Source of the DNA: Cetorhinus maximus
Taxonomy: Eukaryota
NCBI RefSeq assembly: GCF_964194155.1
Contig: NC_135888.1
Location: 112,592,001-112,656,000 of the forward strand
Length of the DNA: 64,000 bases
Direction: 5' to 3'
A model generated the notes under the pieces. The model searched no databases. It was given only the letters and a program-made list of their open reading frames with translations, and had not been told where the DNA came from. Position numbers and translations under genes: made by a program. Positions 1 to 11,097 of this stretch are shown here, piece by piece (positions within the stretch are counted from its first letter, which is position 1; every line of letters begins with the position of its first letter).

Positions 1-452
1 ACATTTCAAAACATCCTAATAAAAACAACAATATAAAGGGGAAAAGATTATCCTGAAATAGTAATTTATCAAATGCATGAATGCCAGTCTAGGATTCCAG
101 TAACAGGATATACACAGCATTTTTATTGACATATACATAGATATATCACAAAATTAAGCTTTTCCAAGTCTTCCTGAGAACAGCTGCTAAAGACTTTTTA
201 CATACAGTCTAACCTCTCTAGTCCAAAAATTTATTGTTCTGAAACACCAGTTGTCCAGGAGTTTTTTGAGCAGACCCAAGCGACTTGTGGCATTGTTTTA
301 GTCCAGTACTTTGGGAGCAGAAACATGGCAGGTACAGTATTTGGATAAGTAAAAACATTTTTTATTACTGCTTTATAATGTTTTATCACTGTTTTATGTT
401 GCAGATAAATACTTATCTATGGTGTTCACATACTTGTAGTTAGATGTGGTTA

Positions 453-1441
453 GGGGGAGGTGGTGGTATAGTGGTAATGTCACTGGACTGGTAATCCAAA
501 GACCCAAGCTAATGCTCTGGGAACATGGATTCAATTGGCACCATGGTAGCTTAAATTCAATTAATTGAAAATAAAGCAAATTGAAATCTAGTCTCAGTAA
601 TGGTGACTATGGCCAGAATTTTTGAGTCGGCGAGCAGGGGAGGGGCCCGCTCGCCAACGCATAAAATGACGCGCGGTGACGTCGGGCAGGTGTCCCAATG
701 TCACCGCGCGTCATTCAGATTTTCAGTTCGGCGGGTGCGCACCTAAGTCAGCTGCGCGCCCACCCAACCGTCAAAGACCTATTAAGGCCATTTAAATATC
801 AATTAAACTAATAAACTGAGCTGCCCGTCCAACCAGGCAGCCTTCGCATTTTTCATGGAACCTCATCCACGGGCAGGATGAGGTTTCATGAAGGGTTTAT
901 AAATTAAATAAAATTTTTCATTAATGTTCATTGACATGCCCCAGCTCATGTGACACTGTCACATAAAGGGACATGTCTTAAAAATGTTTCTTTTCTTTAT
1001 TTAAATTTTTAAAACTTAAACTAATCTCCCTGAGGCAGGCCTCGACTTAGCCCGCAGAGGGAGTGCTCAGCGCTTCCGGGCGTGCGTCATGCTGGGCGGG
1101 CCTTAATTGGCCCGCCCATGTAAAATGGCAGCACCGACCCGATCAGGGGCGCCAATCGGGTCCACGCCTGCCCGCTCCACCCCACCCCCGGTCCCCCGAC
1201 AGGGGGAAAATTCTCCCCCATGAAACTTACACTGATTGTTTTAAAAGCCCTTTAGGGAAGGAAATCTGCTGCCAGTACCTGGTCTGGCTTACATGTGCTC
1301 CCAGATCCACAGCAATGTGGCTGACTCTTAACTGCCCTCTGAAATGGCCTAGCAAGTCACTCAGTTCAAGAGCAATTAGGGACAGGCAACAAATGCTGGC
1401 TTCACCAGCAATCCTCACATCCCATTAAAGAATACAAAAAA
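453..1441 (+). mobile_element. tRNA-headed SINE (shares head and tail with the LINE at 51503-54207), interrupted by MITE 611-1218
   Basis: Head GGGGAGGTGGTGGTATAGTGGTAATGTCACTGGACTGGTAATCC. The body resumes after the MITE (GGTGAC..CATGAAAC). Tail GCAATTAGGGACAGGCAACAAATGCTGG..CACATCCC..A-rich end. Homologous to 26891, 47592 and 50861. Confidence 0.8.
611..1218. mobile_element. GC-rich PIF/Harbinger-type MITE, family A copy 1
   Basis: Short TIRs GGCCAGAATTTT/AAAATTCTCCCC, 3-bp TSD TAT/CAT, homologous to four other copies in the window. Confidence 0.8.
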
Positions 1442-1589
1442 TCTAAAGTCATTTTATAATCTAGAAAATTCCAAAATCCAGAAATGATTTGGTCCCAAGT
1501 ATTCTGGACTGGCGAGGTCACATTGTACCATATATTTGTATTAGATATTAATTCCATGTAAATATGACATAGAGTGAAATGCTGTTTAC

Positions 1590-1662
1590 CTGCCTTCAGT
1601 ACATTGTAATCGTTTTCAAACATTGATTTGTACCAAGTCTTTGGTCCTTCTTCAACTAAAAC
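1590..1662 (-). CDS. SORBS-family gene, internal exon with SoHo C-terminal motif: VLVEEGPKTWYKSMFENDYNVLKA(G)
   Basis: tatttcag acceptor and G|gtaaac donor; 73 nt, phase 0 to 1. PKxWYKxMF matches the recalled SoHo motif PKDWYKTMF of SORBS2 (SKDWYKTMF in SORBS1). In phase with exon 16374-16543. Confidence 0.8.
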
Positions 1663-2779
1663 CTGAAATAGATGGTTAAATCAGTATTTATCTGGATATT
1701 TTATCACATAGTTACATAATACAGGAAAAATGTGTTGCCCAGTGTCCTATTTAACATCTGCTAGATTATGAATCGATTACAATGTTTTACTAATTTAGTC
1801 ACCAAAGAATGTGGTGCAGTGGTTTTATTTGTTACTTGTTCAGTAGGATCAAGGAACATGCTGAAAAAAATCTCATCCATTTACTAATAAAAGAGAATAC
1901 AGTATTTGGAATGGCCTGTATTTATCGCATCAAGCTTGTTCCTTCTAACAGACCAAGTTCCATTTCTACTCTAGTCACTCCACAAAAACAGGACAAAATA
2001 ATGAAAATACTTTGTCCACTGGATTCAAGTAGTTAATAAAGAAATAGAAGTTGTCTATTTTGTTTAAAAGGTTAAGTGAATCAAGGCAGTAATCCTACTG
2101 AGAGGACCAGGTGACATTACAGATTTCTATAGTAAACCTTTGGTAGGTGACATGGTTGGATATAACCTTGTCGGTGATCAAGACTACTGTCAAGGCCATC
2201 CCTGACTACATCTTTGTATTGCTTACCATTCACATTTCCTCACTCACTTCCTGCTGTGACTTTTCTTCCTTTCTCTTTCAGCTTTTCCCCATGTTAAATG
2301 GGGTCACCACAATGCTGGTTGATCACTCCTTCATATCAACCGTCATTTTTGGATTTGGCCGGTGGTTTTACAGCCAGATGCCCTTTCAGCCCAACCCCAA
2401 CCCCCACTCTGAGAGCTAAAGTAAACAGAAGCTTCCAGAAGAGATGAGAAGACTAAGTTGTGAACATGTGTGTAAAAATCCTGTAACTGCTGAGATACTT
2501 TAAAGCACTGTAAATAAACCTGTAGTAGACTTAGAACTAATGTCATCTCTGCATTGCTTTGAGGTAAGTCAGATATACAAACATACTACAAACCAGCGAA
2601 TACACAACAGTTGGGTTCTTTCGTGACCAACAAAGTCCTAGAATGGAACTTGAGCCTGAGGCCTTCTAGCTTAGAGACAGGTGAGCTACTCACTGAGCCA
2701 CTCCAACTTCCTACTGTGATTTTTCTGAAAAAAAACCTCTCTCCCAATTCACTTACAACTACATTTTCAAATTTGCAAT

Positions 2780-5385
2780 TGTGTAGCCTTGACTCTCCAT
2801 TTACCTCACAATACCTCTGCAGACATCAGTTTGATTAATCACTCCTTCACTGAAACATTTTGTGTCCTTGTCCCCACAAAACCTCCACTATCTCACATTT
2901 TGGTTATTCCCCCCGAATGATCCCTATCCCCAACCTCTTTAATCCAGGATCTAGAATCACTCTGGAGAGCAAAGATAAACTCTGGCTTCTTTTCTCCACT
3001 ACTAAGCATTCCTTAAACCTTCCTCCCTATTCCCCTCATCACCAACAAGTGAGGAACTCATAGACTTCCTTGTCACCAAGATAGAAATTAGCCATTCAGC
3101 TATGCTTGCTGCTCATCCCTTTCCTCTTGCCCCTACATAATTTCTATGAATTCACCTCAGCCACAAGAATCACCTTATGCTCCTCCTTCCACCTAAATAG
3201 CTGACAAACCTTTCTGGTTACCATGCGAGCTGAAATTGTAAATGGTTACCCCCTTTCAGCTATTGTCTCCCTTTCAAAATTATTTTCATCACCACACTCT
3301 GTCAAAAAAATCACCCATGGCCAATCTGTACTTACAAACTTCTTTGCCCCATCTCCAGCCTCCTTTTCCTCATCAAAGTCCTTTGATATCTTTTCACATC
3401 CCAAATCTGCGCCTATCTTTCCCGTAGTGTTTCAATATCTCTAATCTGGCTAAAATGGTCTTATGCAAAGTTACAAATGTGTTGTGACTGTAACCATGGT
3501 GACTTATCCCTCCTTTCCTTCTTCAACCTTGTGCAAACTTCGAAATAGTAAATGACATCATCCTCGACAAACCCCATTCCTGCATTTTCCAGCTTGCTGG
3601 GACTGCCTCATTTGTTTCCACTTTTAGTTATCCGATTGTGGCCAGAGCATCTATATCAGTGGCTTCTGATCCTGTCCCATGCTATTACTGCCAGACTCCT
3701 CCAAGGATCTATCCGTGGCTCCTGCTTTTCCTCATCCATATGCTGTGGTTTTCCTGAATCCATGTGCTGTGGTTTTCCTAAATCATCCACAGACCTGTAG
3801 CCATCTTCCACACATACACTGACAAATCTCTACATCATATTGCTTGATCTTCCCACTGTGTTAGAAAATAGAGATAGTTTAAGTAAGTTTATATTTGTAT
3901 TTCTGGGTGTTAGGAATGAGTTTTAGCTTTGAAGTTTAAGCTTGATTTGTATTTCTGTATCTGTGTGTTAAGGAAGGTCAAATAGAGTTTTAGTTTCACT
4001 TGAAAAGGCTGCTTGCATTTCTAATGAAGAGTTTACGACCCCTATAAAGTAAAAGTAAACACACAAGAGTAGAAAGAATAGTGCTGTTGCCTACCAAGGG
4101 TGGGGGGTGGGGGGTAGATGGTAGTTTCTTCCCACAGACATACACACAGAACTAAAGAAACAGCTATTTTAAGTTCAGTTGAAGTCAGGACCCTAGAGAG
4201 ACCAGACACTGGGAGAGGGAACTGCAGATTTCCCAAAAGAACAAAAAGGTCCCAAGTGAAGAAAACCCTCAAAAATCCAGCAAAGCAGAAGAGGGGAAAG
4301 TCTAAAGGAGACCATGTAGTCAAAGGAAGGACAGGAACTTGGGAAAAGGTCCTGTTAAGTGAAGTTAAGAGTGAGGAGCAGAGAGAGAAAGGCTGCAGGC
4401 TTCAGATTTAAAGTGAGAACAGCTTGCAAGAAAGTTCAAAGAGACAACTGAAGGTCTGTAATTCTTTGCTATGGGTATGTGAAGCAGTGGTGTACTGTTA
4501 AGGCTGAGTTGGTGAGAGCGAGTGCATGCAAGACAGCTTGAATGCATGTGGTGACCGAGGGAAGAGGAACATCAGAAGGAGAGTTCGAAACTCTGGAGGT
4601 GAACCCTTGTGGAAGGTGTCGGAACGAAAGCATCAGTTTGGGAGAAGATTCCAAGGCGAGGTCTTAGAGAGTGGAGATTGGAAACCCTTGTGTAAAGGAT
4701 GGAATTCAGTGAGACTGGTTGGCTCATGGTGTGATAAGCATCTGGGGGGAGTTGAGGAAAGATCCATAGCATCTGTTTGAGGTAGCATCTATCACTTATT
4801 TCGGGATGTGGTGTGTCTGACCACAGAGTGCCATAGGTTTACATGGACTGTATTTACTGTGAACCTTAAAGTATAAGATCGTTTTTGTAACTTGTGTTAA
4901 CCTTACAAATCTGTATACATCTGTAAAGGTATAGCTGTTGGTGAAGGAGTATTGTAATATAGTTCATCTTTTCTTGTTGAATAAATGTTTTATTCTTTTG
5001 TAAAAAAGTTCATCAGTTGACTCCTGTGACTCTGTTCAGTAGCTACTCGCCACATATTTACACAAACAAATAAAAGTTAGGATTTATCAAGCTGGGTTCC
5101 ACTCTGGGATCAGGCTTGGCCAGGTGTAACCCCAGCTGGGGGCAATAACAACTGCATCAATACTGCTCAATTGTTGGACTAATACCCAGCATTGAATAAG
5201 ACACATTTTCCTATAGGTAAACATTGGTATCCACCATCTTCAGCTCTTGTCACAAACTCTATACCCTTTCCACTGACTCCGGTCTCCTCCCTGGATGTTG
5301 TCTCACGCTGGATCAGATATGGAATCCCATTTGAACCAGAACTGAATTTGTGACCCCCATAGCTTCACCATCATAAATACCATGG
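2780..5385 (+). mobile_element. Highly decayed L2-type LINE fragments split by the solo LTR
   Basis: Pyrimidine-rich decayed ORF2-like text (e.g. CTCCAAGGATCTATCCGTGGCTCCTGCTTTTCCTCATC, a PQGS-type motif near 3700), continuing after 5155. Confidence 0.5.
3859..5150 (+). mobile_element. Solo LTR (~1.3 kb)
   Basis: TGTTA...TAACA termini, perfect 4-bp TSD ACTG (3855-3858, 5151-5154), AATAAA near 4980. Second partial copy at 24497-25365. Confidence 0.85.
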
Positions 5386-5483
5386 GCAATGGTGTTGAGA
5401 TCTATGTACAAACACCTTGGAAAACCTTTTTTCATATTAGTCAGTGATTGAATGCCCTTTAAATTTGCCTAAATATAGAACTG

Positions 5484-6325
5484 ATAGAATCATACAATAG
5501 TACAGCACAGAAGGAGGCCATGAGCCCATTAAATTGATGCCAGCTCTTTCAAAGAGCAATCCAGTTAGTCCCAAACCTCTGGATATCCTTGCATTTTTTT
5601 CTCCTTCAAGTATTCATCAAATTCCCTTTCAAAGGCTACTATTGAATCTATATCCATCATCCAATCAGGCAGTGTATTCCAAATCCTTACCAATCATTGG
5701 GCAAAAAAGGATTTTCTCAAGTTGCCTCTGGTTCTTGTGCGAGTCAGCTTAAATTTGTGACCTTTCCTTATCAACGCTTCAGCCACTGGAAACAGTTTCT
5801 CTTCATTTACGCTAGCTGACCCTTTAATGATAGTAAACACCTTTGTCAAATCTCCTGTTAGCCTTCACTGATCTATGGAGAACAAACCAAACCATCTACA
5901 GCCTATCCATGTATCTATAATCCCTCAACTAGAACCTTTCTAATAAATCTCTTCTGTACCCTCTTCAAAACCTACCAGCCCTTCCTAAAGTGTGATTCCC
6001 AGAATTGCAAACAGTAATCCAGCTGGGGCCGAACTAGTGGTTTATAAAGGTTCAGCATAACTTCCTCGCTTTTGTACTCAATGTCTCTATTAATAAAGCC
6101 CAGAATCCTATATGCTTTATTAACTGCTTTGTTAACTGTCCTGCCAACTTCAAAGATTTGTTCGCAAGCACCCCCAGGTCTCTCCTTGCTTGTCCTTTAA
6201 AATTGTATCATTTAGCTTGCCTTGTCTCACCTCATTGTTCCTAACAAAATGTATCACCTCACAGTTTTCCGCAATGAATTTCCTCTGTCATGTGTCTGCT
6301 CATTGCCCCAGCCTGTCTATGACCA
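5484..6325 (-). mobile_element. CR1 LINE 3' fragment
   Basis: CR1-type tail (ATAGAATCATAC..CAGCACAGAAGGAGGCCAT) and decayed C-terminal ORF2 homologous to 11098+ and 34158+. Confidence 0.75.
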
Positions 6326-6491
6326 ATAAAATACAGCATTAAAAATATTGTCATTTGTAAACGCAGGACCTGTGGGATTATTATTTGTGTAAATTACAAC
6401 AACATAAATTGCAATGACACAGAACCTTGAATTCATTATAGCAAGAGTGTTTTCTAATAAAAGTAAGCAGTTCTGAATAATTTCTCTATTT

Positions 6492-6937
6492 CAGTGCTTG
6501 CCAAACTTATTCCCAGTGCGATTCCATTTTAATGCCTCAGACTTCATGTGACCCCAGAGTGAAAATTAGCGGGTACAAAAGATGTTGCGTGGGGGGAGGG
6601 GGAGGCTTCAGTAGCTGAGCAGGGGTGGGGGATTTAGTTTTTGATTGGGTGGCAGGTGGGATCAATAGTTAAGCATTGGCAGAGCTGAAAAGGCAGGGTT
6701 TCTACAAAAAAAAATGAACCTTTTCACAGGCACTTTTAGCAGCAGCAATTAGGCCTCAGAGAGCAGTCCATTAGGCCACACCCACCAATAGAAAAAAAAT
6801 GCAAGGATTTAAAGAGTCCTCACAACTGTCAGAAATCTGAGCTTCACGGCAGCTGCTGCTGCCTCACAGCTCGTGACCCCCAAAATCTCGTCTCGCGATC
6901 CTACTGGGGGTTGTGACCCACAGTTTGGGAAACTCCG
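6492..6937. mobile_element. hAT (Charlie-like) non-autonomous element
   Basis: TIRs CAGTGCTTGCCAAAC / GTTTGGGAAACTCCG; degenerate 8-bp TSD CTCTATTT/CTTTATTG. Confidence 0.65.
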
Positions 6938-7945
6938 CTTTATTGAGCTACACGCTTACATCCCTCTTTTTACGAAGATGAGGGTCCCTTGTCGAAGAGA
7001 AGATTTGACCCTCCAATGAAGGGCTTCCACTGGCAGTACTTTCTTTAAAAATCAAATAGCTGAAAAAAGCTGTTATGTTAATGGTATCACATTGATCTAC
7101 ATCAGTATGTTAATGCTGCAAAGCATCACAGTGCTTTTGAATAGCACATTATACTACGTGGTAAAGATGACATGAAAGTTAATTATGTGTCATAGCACTG
7201 ACCTAGTACAGCATGTTATGTTAGAGTTACACACTGACCTTAAGCAGTACATTATGCAGAAGAGTATCGCATTAGTTTAGAACAATACACTATCAGTTGA
7301 ATCTAGAACGTTATGTTACAGTACAGGATATCCAAGGAAAAGATTTAAAAGGTGTAGCTGAGGAACTACAGTGAGCAGTAGTTTTTAAAGAGAAAATCAT
7401 TTCAAAAATTCTGCGATTATTCAGATGACTTGCTGTTGAAAATGAGCCATTTTCTGGTAAGCATCCAATTTTTCAATCTTTCCTTCCTGTTCACAATTGT
7501 AAATGTCAACCCCATAATTCTGTAATCTTTCTCCTTGACTCAGTTCAGTGCAAGTATCATACATGACGCAGTAGTTAAAAATAACTGCAACATACTTTAT
7601 CATGTTTTTTTCTGAAATAAATACTTAGATTTATGCCTACCACATCTTCAGGATATCCTGGTTCAATTTTCATCCTTTGTTTCAAATCCCTCTGTGGCCT
7701 CAGTCCTCTTGATCTCTAGCCCTACAACCTTCTCCAGCACTACAACTCTCTAGGATATCTGCACTCATCTAATTCTGGCCTCTTTTGCATTCCTGACTTT
7801 AATGACTTCACTATTGGTGCCTGTGTCTTCAGCTGCCTAGGCTGTAAGCTCTGGAATTCCCTCCATAAAGCTCTTGCTTCAAATCTTGTTGGATAACACT
7901 CCTGTGAAGTACCTTGGGATCTTAAAGGCACTATATAAATGCAAG

Positions 7946-8450
7946 AGGGTCAGTTAACTCAGTTGGCTAGTTGGCTAAAGTGTGGTACAGAATGGCGACA
8001 ACAGCATAGGTTCAATCCCCATACCTGTCAATGTATCAGTAATTACGTTGTCAAGGTCCAATAACAATCTTCTTGTTGACTGGCAATCACAGTGTATAGC
8101 AATTACAGTGTGAAGACAATTGCATTGCTAAAACAGTTAATAGGCATTGGATCACATCTGTACAGCTGTAACACTCTTCGGTGGAAGGGACAGGGAGAGT
8201 CTGTTACTCCGCTGAGCTGTTTTAAGAATAAGCCTGCTTGAAGTAAAAGACTAGCTTTGAACGTGTTCTTCCATGATAAGCACGTATTGGAACTAACAAA
8301 TACTGGCTGTGGTTGTTCATGGAGACTTGCCTGTTTGCCTTGCCCCATGTTTGATATGGAGTGATGCCCCTCAAGCTATATATAACCAATTGCCTCTCTC
8401 TAACAGAGAGAGATACCTCTGGTCCTTTGTGGACTTTGGCTAATTACTAT
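7946..8450 (+). mobile_element. Old tRNA-headed SINE (different family) inserted in an L2-type 3' tail (about 7640-8470)
   Basis: 8-bp TSD AATGCAAG (7938-7945, 8451-8458); A-box-like TAACTCAGTTGG and B-box-like GGTTCAATCCC. Confidence 0.6.
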
Positions 8451-10248
8451 AATGCAAGTTGTTGTTGTTATCCCAAATTGCTTCAGAGCTGATGAATTAC
8501 ACTTGAAGGGTAGTCACATTTGTAGACATGACCCAAAATGTAAATGAATCAACACTGTTCTGTTATCATCAGTTTTCAAGTGAAATTACTCATACAGATC
8601 TTTTTCCTTTCCTGGAACCATTGACTCTCCCTGGTGTAGAGATCTATATGCCTCACAGATCCTCCAGTACTCGAATGGTCACTCGCCATGTGGGAACACA
8701 TGCAAATGTGAAGGTGACAGCTCTGAACAGGGAGCCTCGATCAAAGCAAAGTGCTTAGATTTCATGTGCCAAAATTGGCTGGCTCACAAACGGACCTGAA
8801 GCAAACAATAGATCACAAAAACTGTAGCAGGCTCAGTGATGGGGGCACATATCACAGGGCCCTTTGTCGTAAACACAGTTCAGCAACAACCTGGGCTTGG
8901 AGTGAAGAAAGGAGAGCTTTCATAGAATGATAGAGATTACAGCACAGCAGGAGACCACTGAGTACCTGGAGCACTCTCCTGTAATCCCATCCAACTTCAT
9001 ACCCTTTTATATTCCTTCTTTCCAAATATTTATTCCTTTCTCCTTTAGTCTTTGTTCTAACCCGCACCTCAGTAGCCAATTGTGATGAAGTACTCAACAG
9101 CCTGATAACCAACAGTGTGAAAACCTTCCTTCTTTCCCTTTTGGCTCTCCCCCAGTCACTCATAAGAGACAATCTCTTACTACTTACCAAGTGTAAAACT
9201 CCCTTGTTTCACTCACTCCTTACTGCTGCTCCTCTCTCTGTGCCATTCCCACTTTCTGTATGCCTCTCTCTCCTAACTGCTCGAGCCCCAGCGCCCCAAA
9301 ATCTCTTACCATCCCCTGATCCCCAGGCTCTTCCCCAAAATGACCCCTCACACTTGGTCTCCCTGACCCCTAATCAGCAAGCTTTCTCCTGAGACCCCAT
9401 CTGCAACTCAATTCTTCCTTTCTCTGCCCTGTTAGGTGGGTTAGGGGTTGGAGGGTTTGCTGGGTAAGGATGACATCACAGAGCCAGATACTTCTCTGCG
9501 GTTCTGTGTATGTTACAGAAGGAGGGAGGTTCCTGCGGCAGGAAATTCAAAGCGTGAAGATTTCCTGGGCTGAGAGACCTATTCTCCATTCTGTGAGACC
9601 CTCAGGCAATCTAGGAGGGTTGGCAATCTCAGCTCAGTGCCAGAGGATGTGATTTATTTACATCTTGGGATAGCTGGCCTATGGATATACTGGGTGTTCA
9701 GAGTATACTGGCTAAGTGTACAAAAACAGGAAAATTGGTTCTACGTGTGATGCCACAGGATTGTTTTCTGTGACAATCTTTGAAAATTACACTCGTTGGA
9801 AATGAACAACAGTGTATATACTTCAGAGCAATTTATTGGCTATAAAGTGTTTTGGAATTTCCCAAGGACCTGAAAGGTGCTATGGAGGCACAAATTCTTT
9901 CCTTTTAAAATTGCTGTAGGTTTCGTATAGCTTAGATAAATTGAAGCTTTACCTCCCTCTAGTGGCCTCACACAGTCCATCACCAAAAACGTGTCGCAAT
10001 TACTTCCTCTCCAATAATTTTGTCTTAGAGTAGATGAGAGTGAACAGGTGCAATACCAGTAGTAAGTGAGTTTGGTCTACTTGACTGTATTTAACAGTTC
10101 TCTGAGCATTATTATGGCCATGTTAAAAGCCAGCCATGGATTATTTGTGCAGAATTATGCAGTGAAGTAAACATAGAATGATTATTGACTAGTTTAGGTC
10201 TAACACACCTCAACTAAACAACAGACAAGATATTGAAAAGAATAATAT

Positions 10249-10395
10249 GAGAGGAAGGGAAGGAAGGAGGGGTGGAGGGGAAAGGGGGAATGGAGGGAAG
10301 GAAGGAAGGGAAAGAAGGGAGGAATGGAAGGAAGGGAGGAAGGAAAGGAGAGAGAAAGAGAGGAAAGGAGGAATGAAAGAAGGGTGGAAGGGAGG
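10249..10395 (+). repeat. Polypurine (GGAA/GGAG)-rich low-complexity tract
   Basis: Almost purely G/A for about 145 bp. Confidence 0.9.
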
Positions 10396-11097
10396 TACTG
10401 TTATAATTTAGAAGTGAACAATATGTGAAGGAATGCAGCCATAAATACAGAGTTATAAGAGAATCCAGATATAAATAAGGGGTTATAAGCTTCAGGAAGT
10501 GATTCTCCTATGAAGCAGAGGTTAAAAATGAAAAGCAGAGTTCATCTGCTGGACAAAGGTTCAAGCAGTTTATCAACATGCCTAGGCATAATTGTATGCT
10601 CAAGGACAACAACATCCTGTAACCTAGAATATGATAAATCTTCTAACACAAGGAAGTTCCGAAAAAGCAGGAATGGGCCTCTACATCACCTCAGCAATAC
10701 ATTGGTAAATTATAAAATACCACAATCTAACAACAAATAACCTTAAGTATGACCCTAAATAGGTTATCAACTGAATCGTGGAAACTGAGTGTAGTGGCCA
10801 CTATCTGCACTTCTGTATCCTATTTGCTTGAAAGATATTGATTAAAACTAGGATGTTGTCCAGCATAAGTGCTTAACATGCTTCCTGCTGGTTCAGCTCC
10901 TTTATGGTGTAAATATTAGAACCACACAGAAAAAGTTATGGATTTGTTGGATTCACTCCAACGTCTCTCAAGGTAAATCCTGCTGTAGTGTAGTGATGAT
11001 AGTTCTCCCGTTGGGATGGAGGTATCTTGCCAAACTCTGTAGCTTTCTACTTGGGGATTTAAGGTAAATGCTACTTTAAATGTTGGTGGATACCTTA

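Larger units (their letters stand above)
205..1525. mobile_element. Old Tc1/mariner-pogo (Tigger-like) non-autonomous element, split by a SINE and a MITE
   Basis: Imperfect TIRs CAGTCTAACCTCTCTAGTCC (205) and reverse complement CAATGTGACCTCGCCAGTCC (ending 1525), flanked by TA on both sides (203-204, 1526-1527). Confidence 0.55.

Noticed and set aside
7421-7611. Extra exon (tatttcag followed by KNMIKYVAVIF..QQVI*)
   Set aside because: Spliced from the upstream phase-0 exon it stops after three codons; no recognisable homology.
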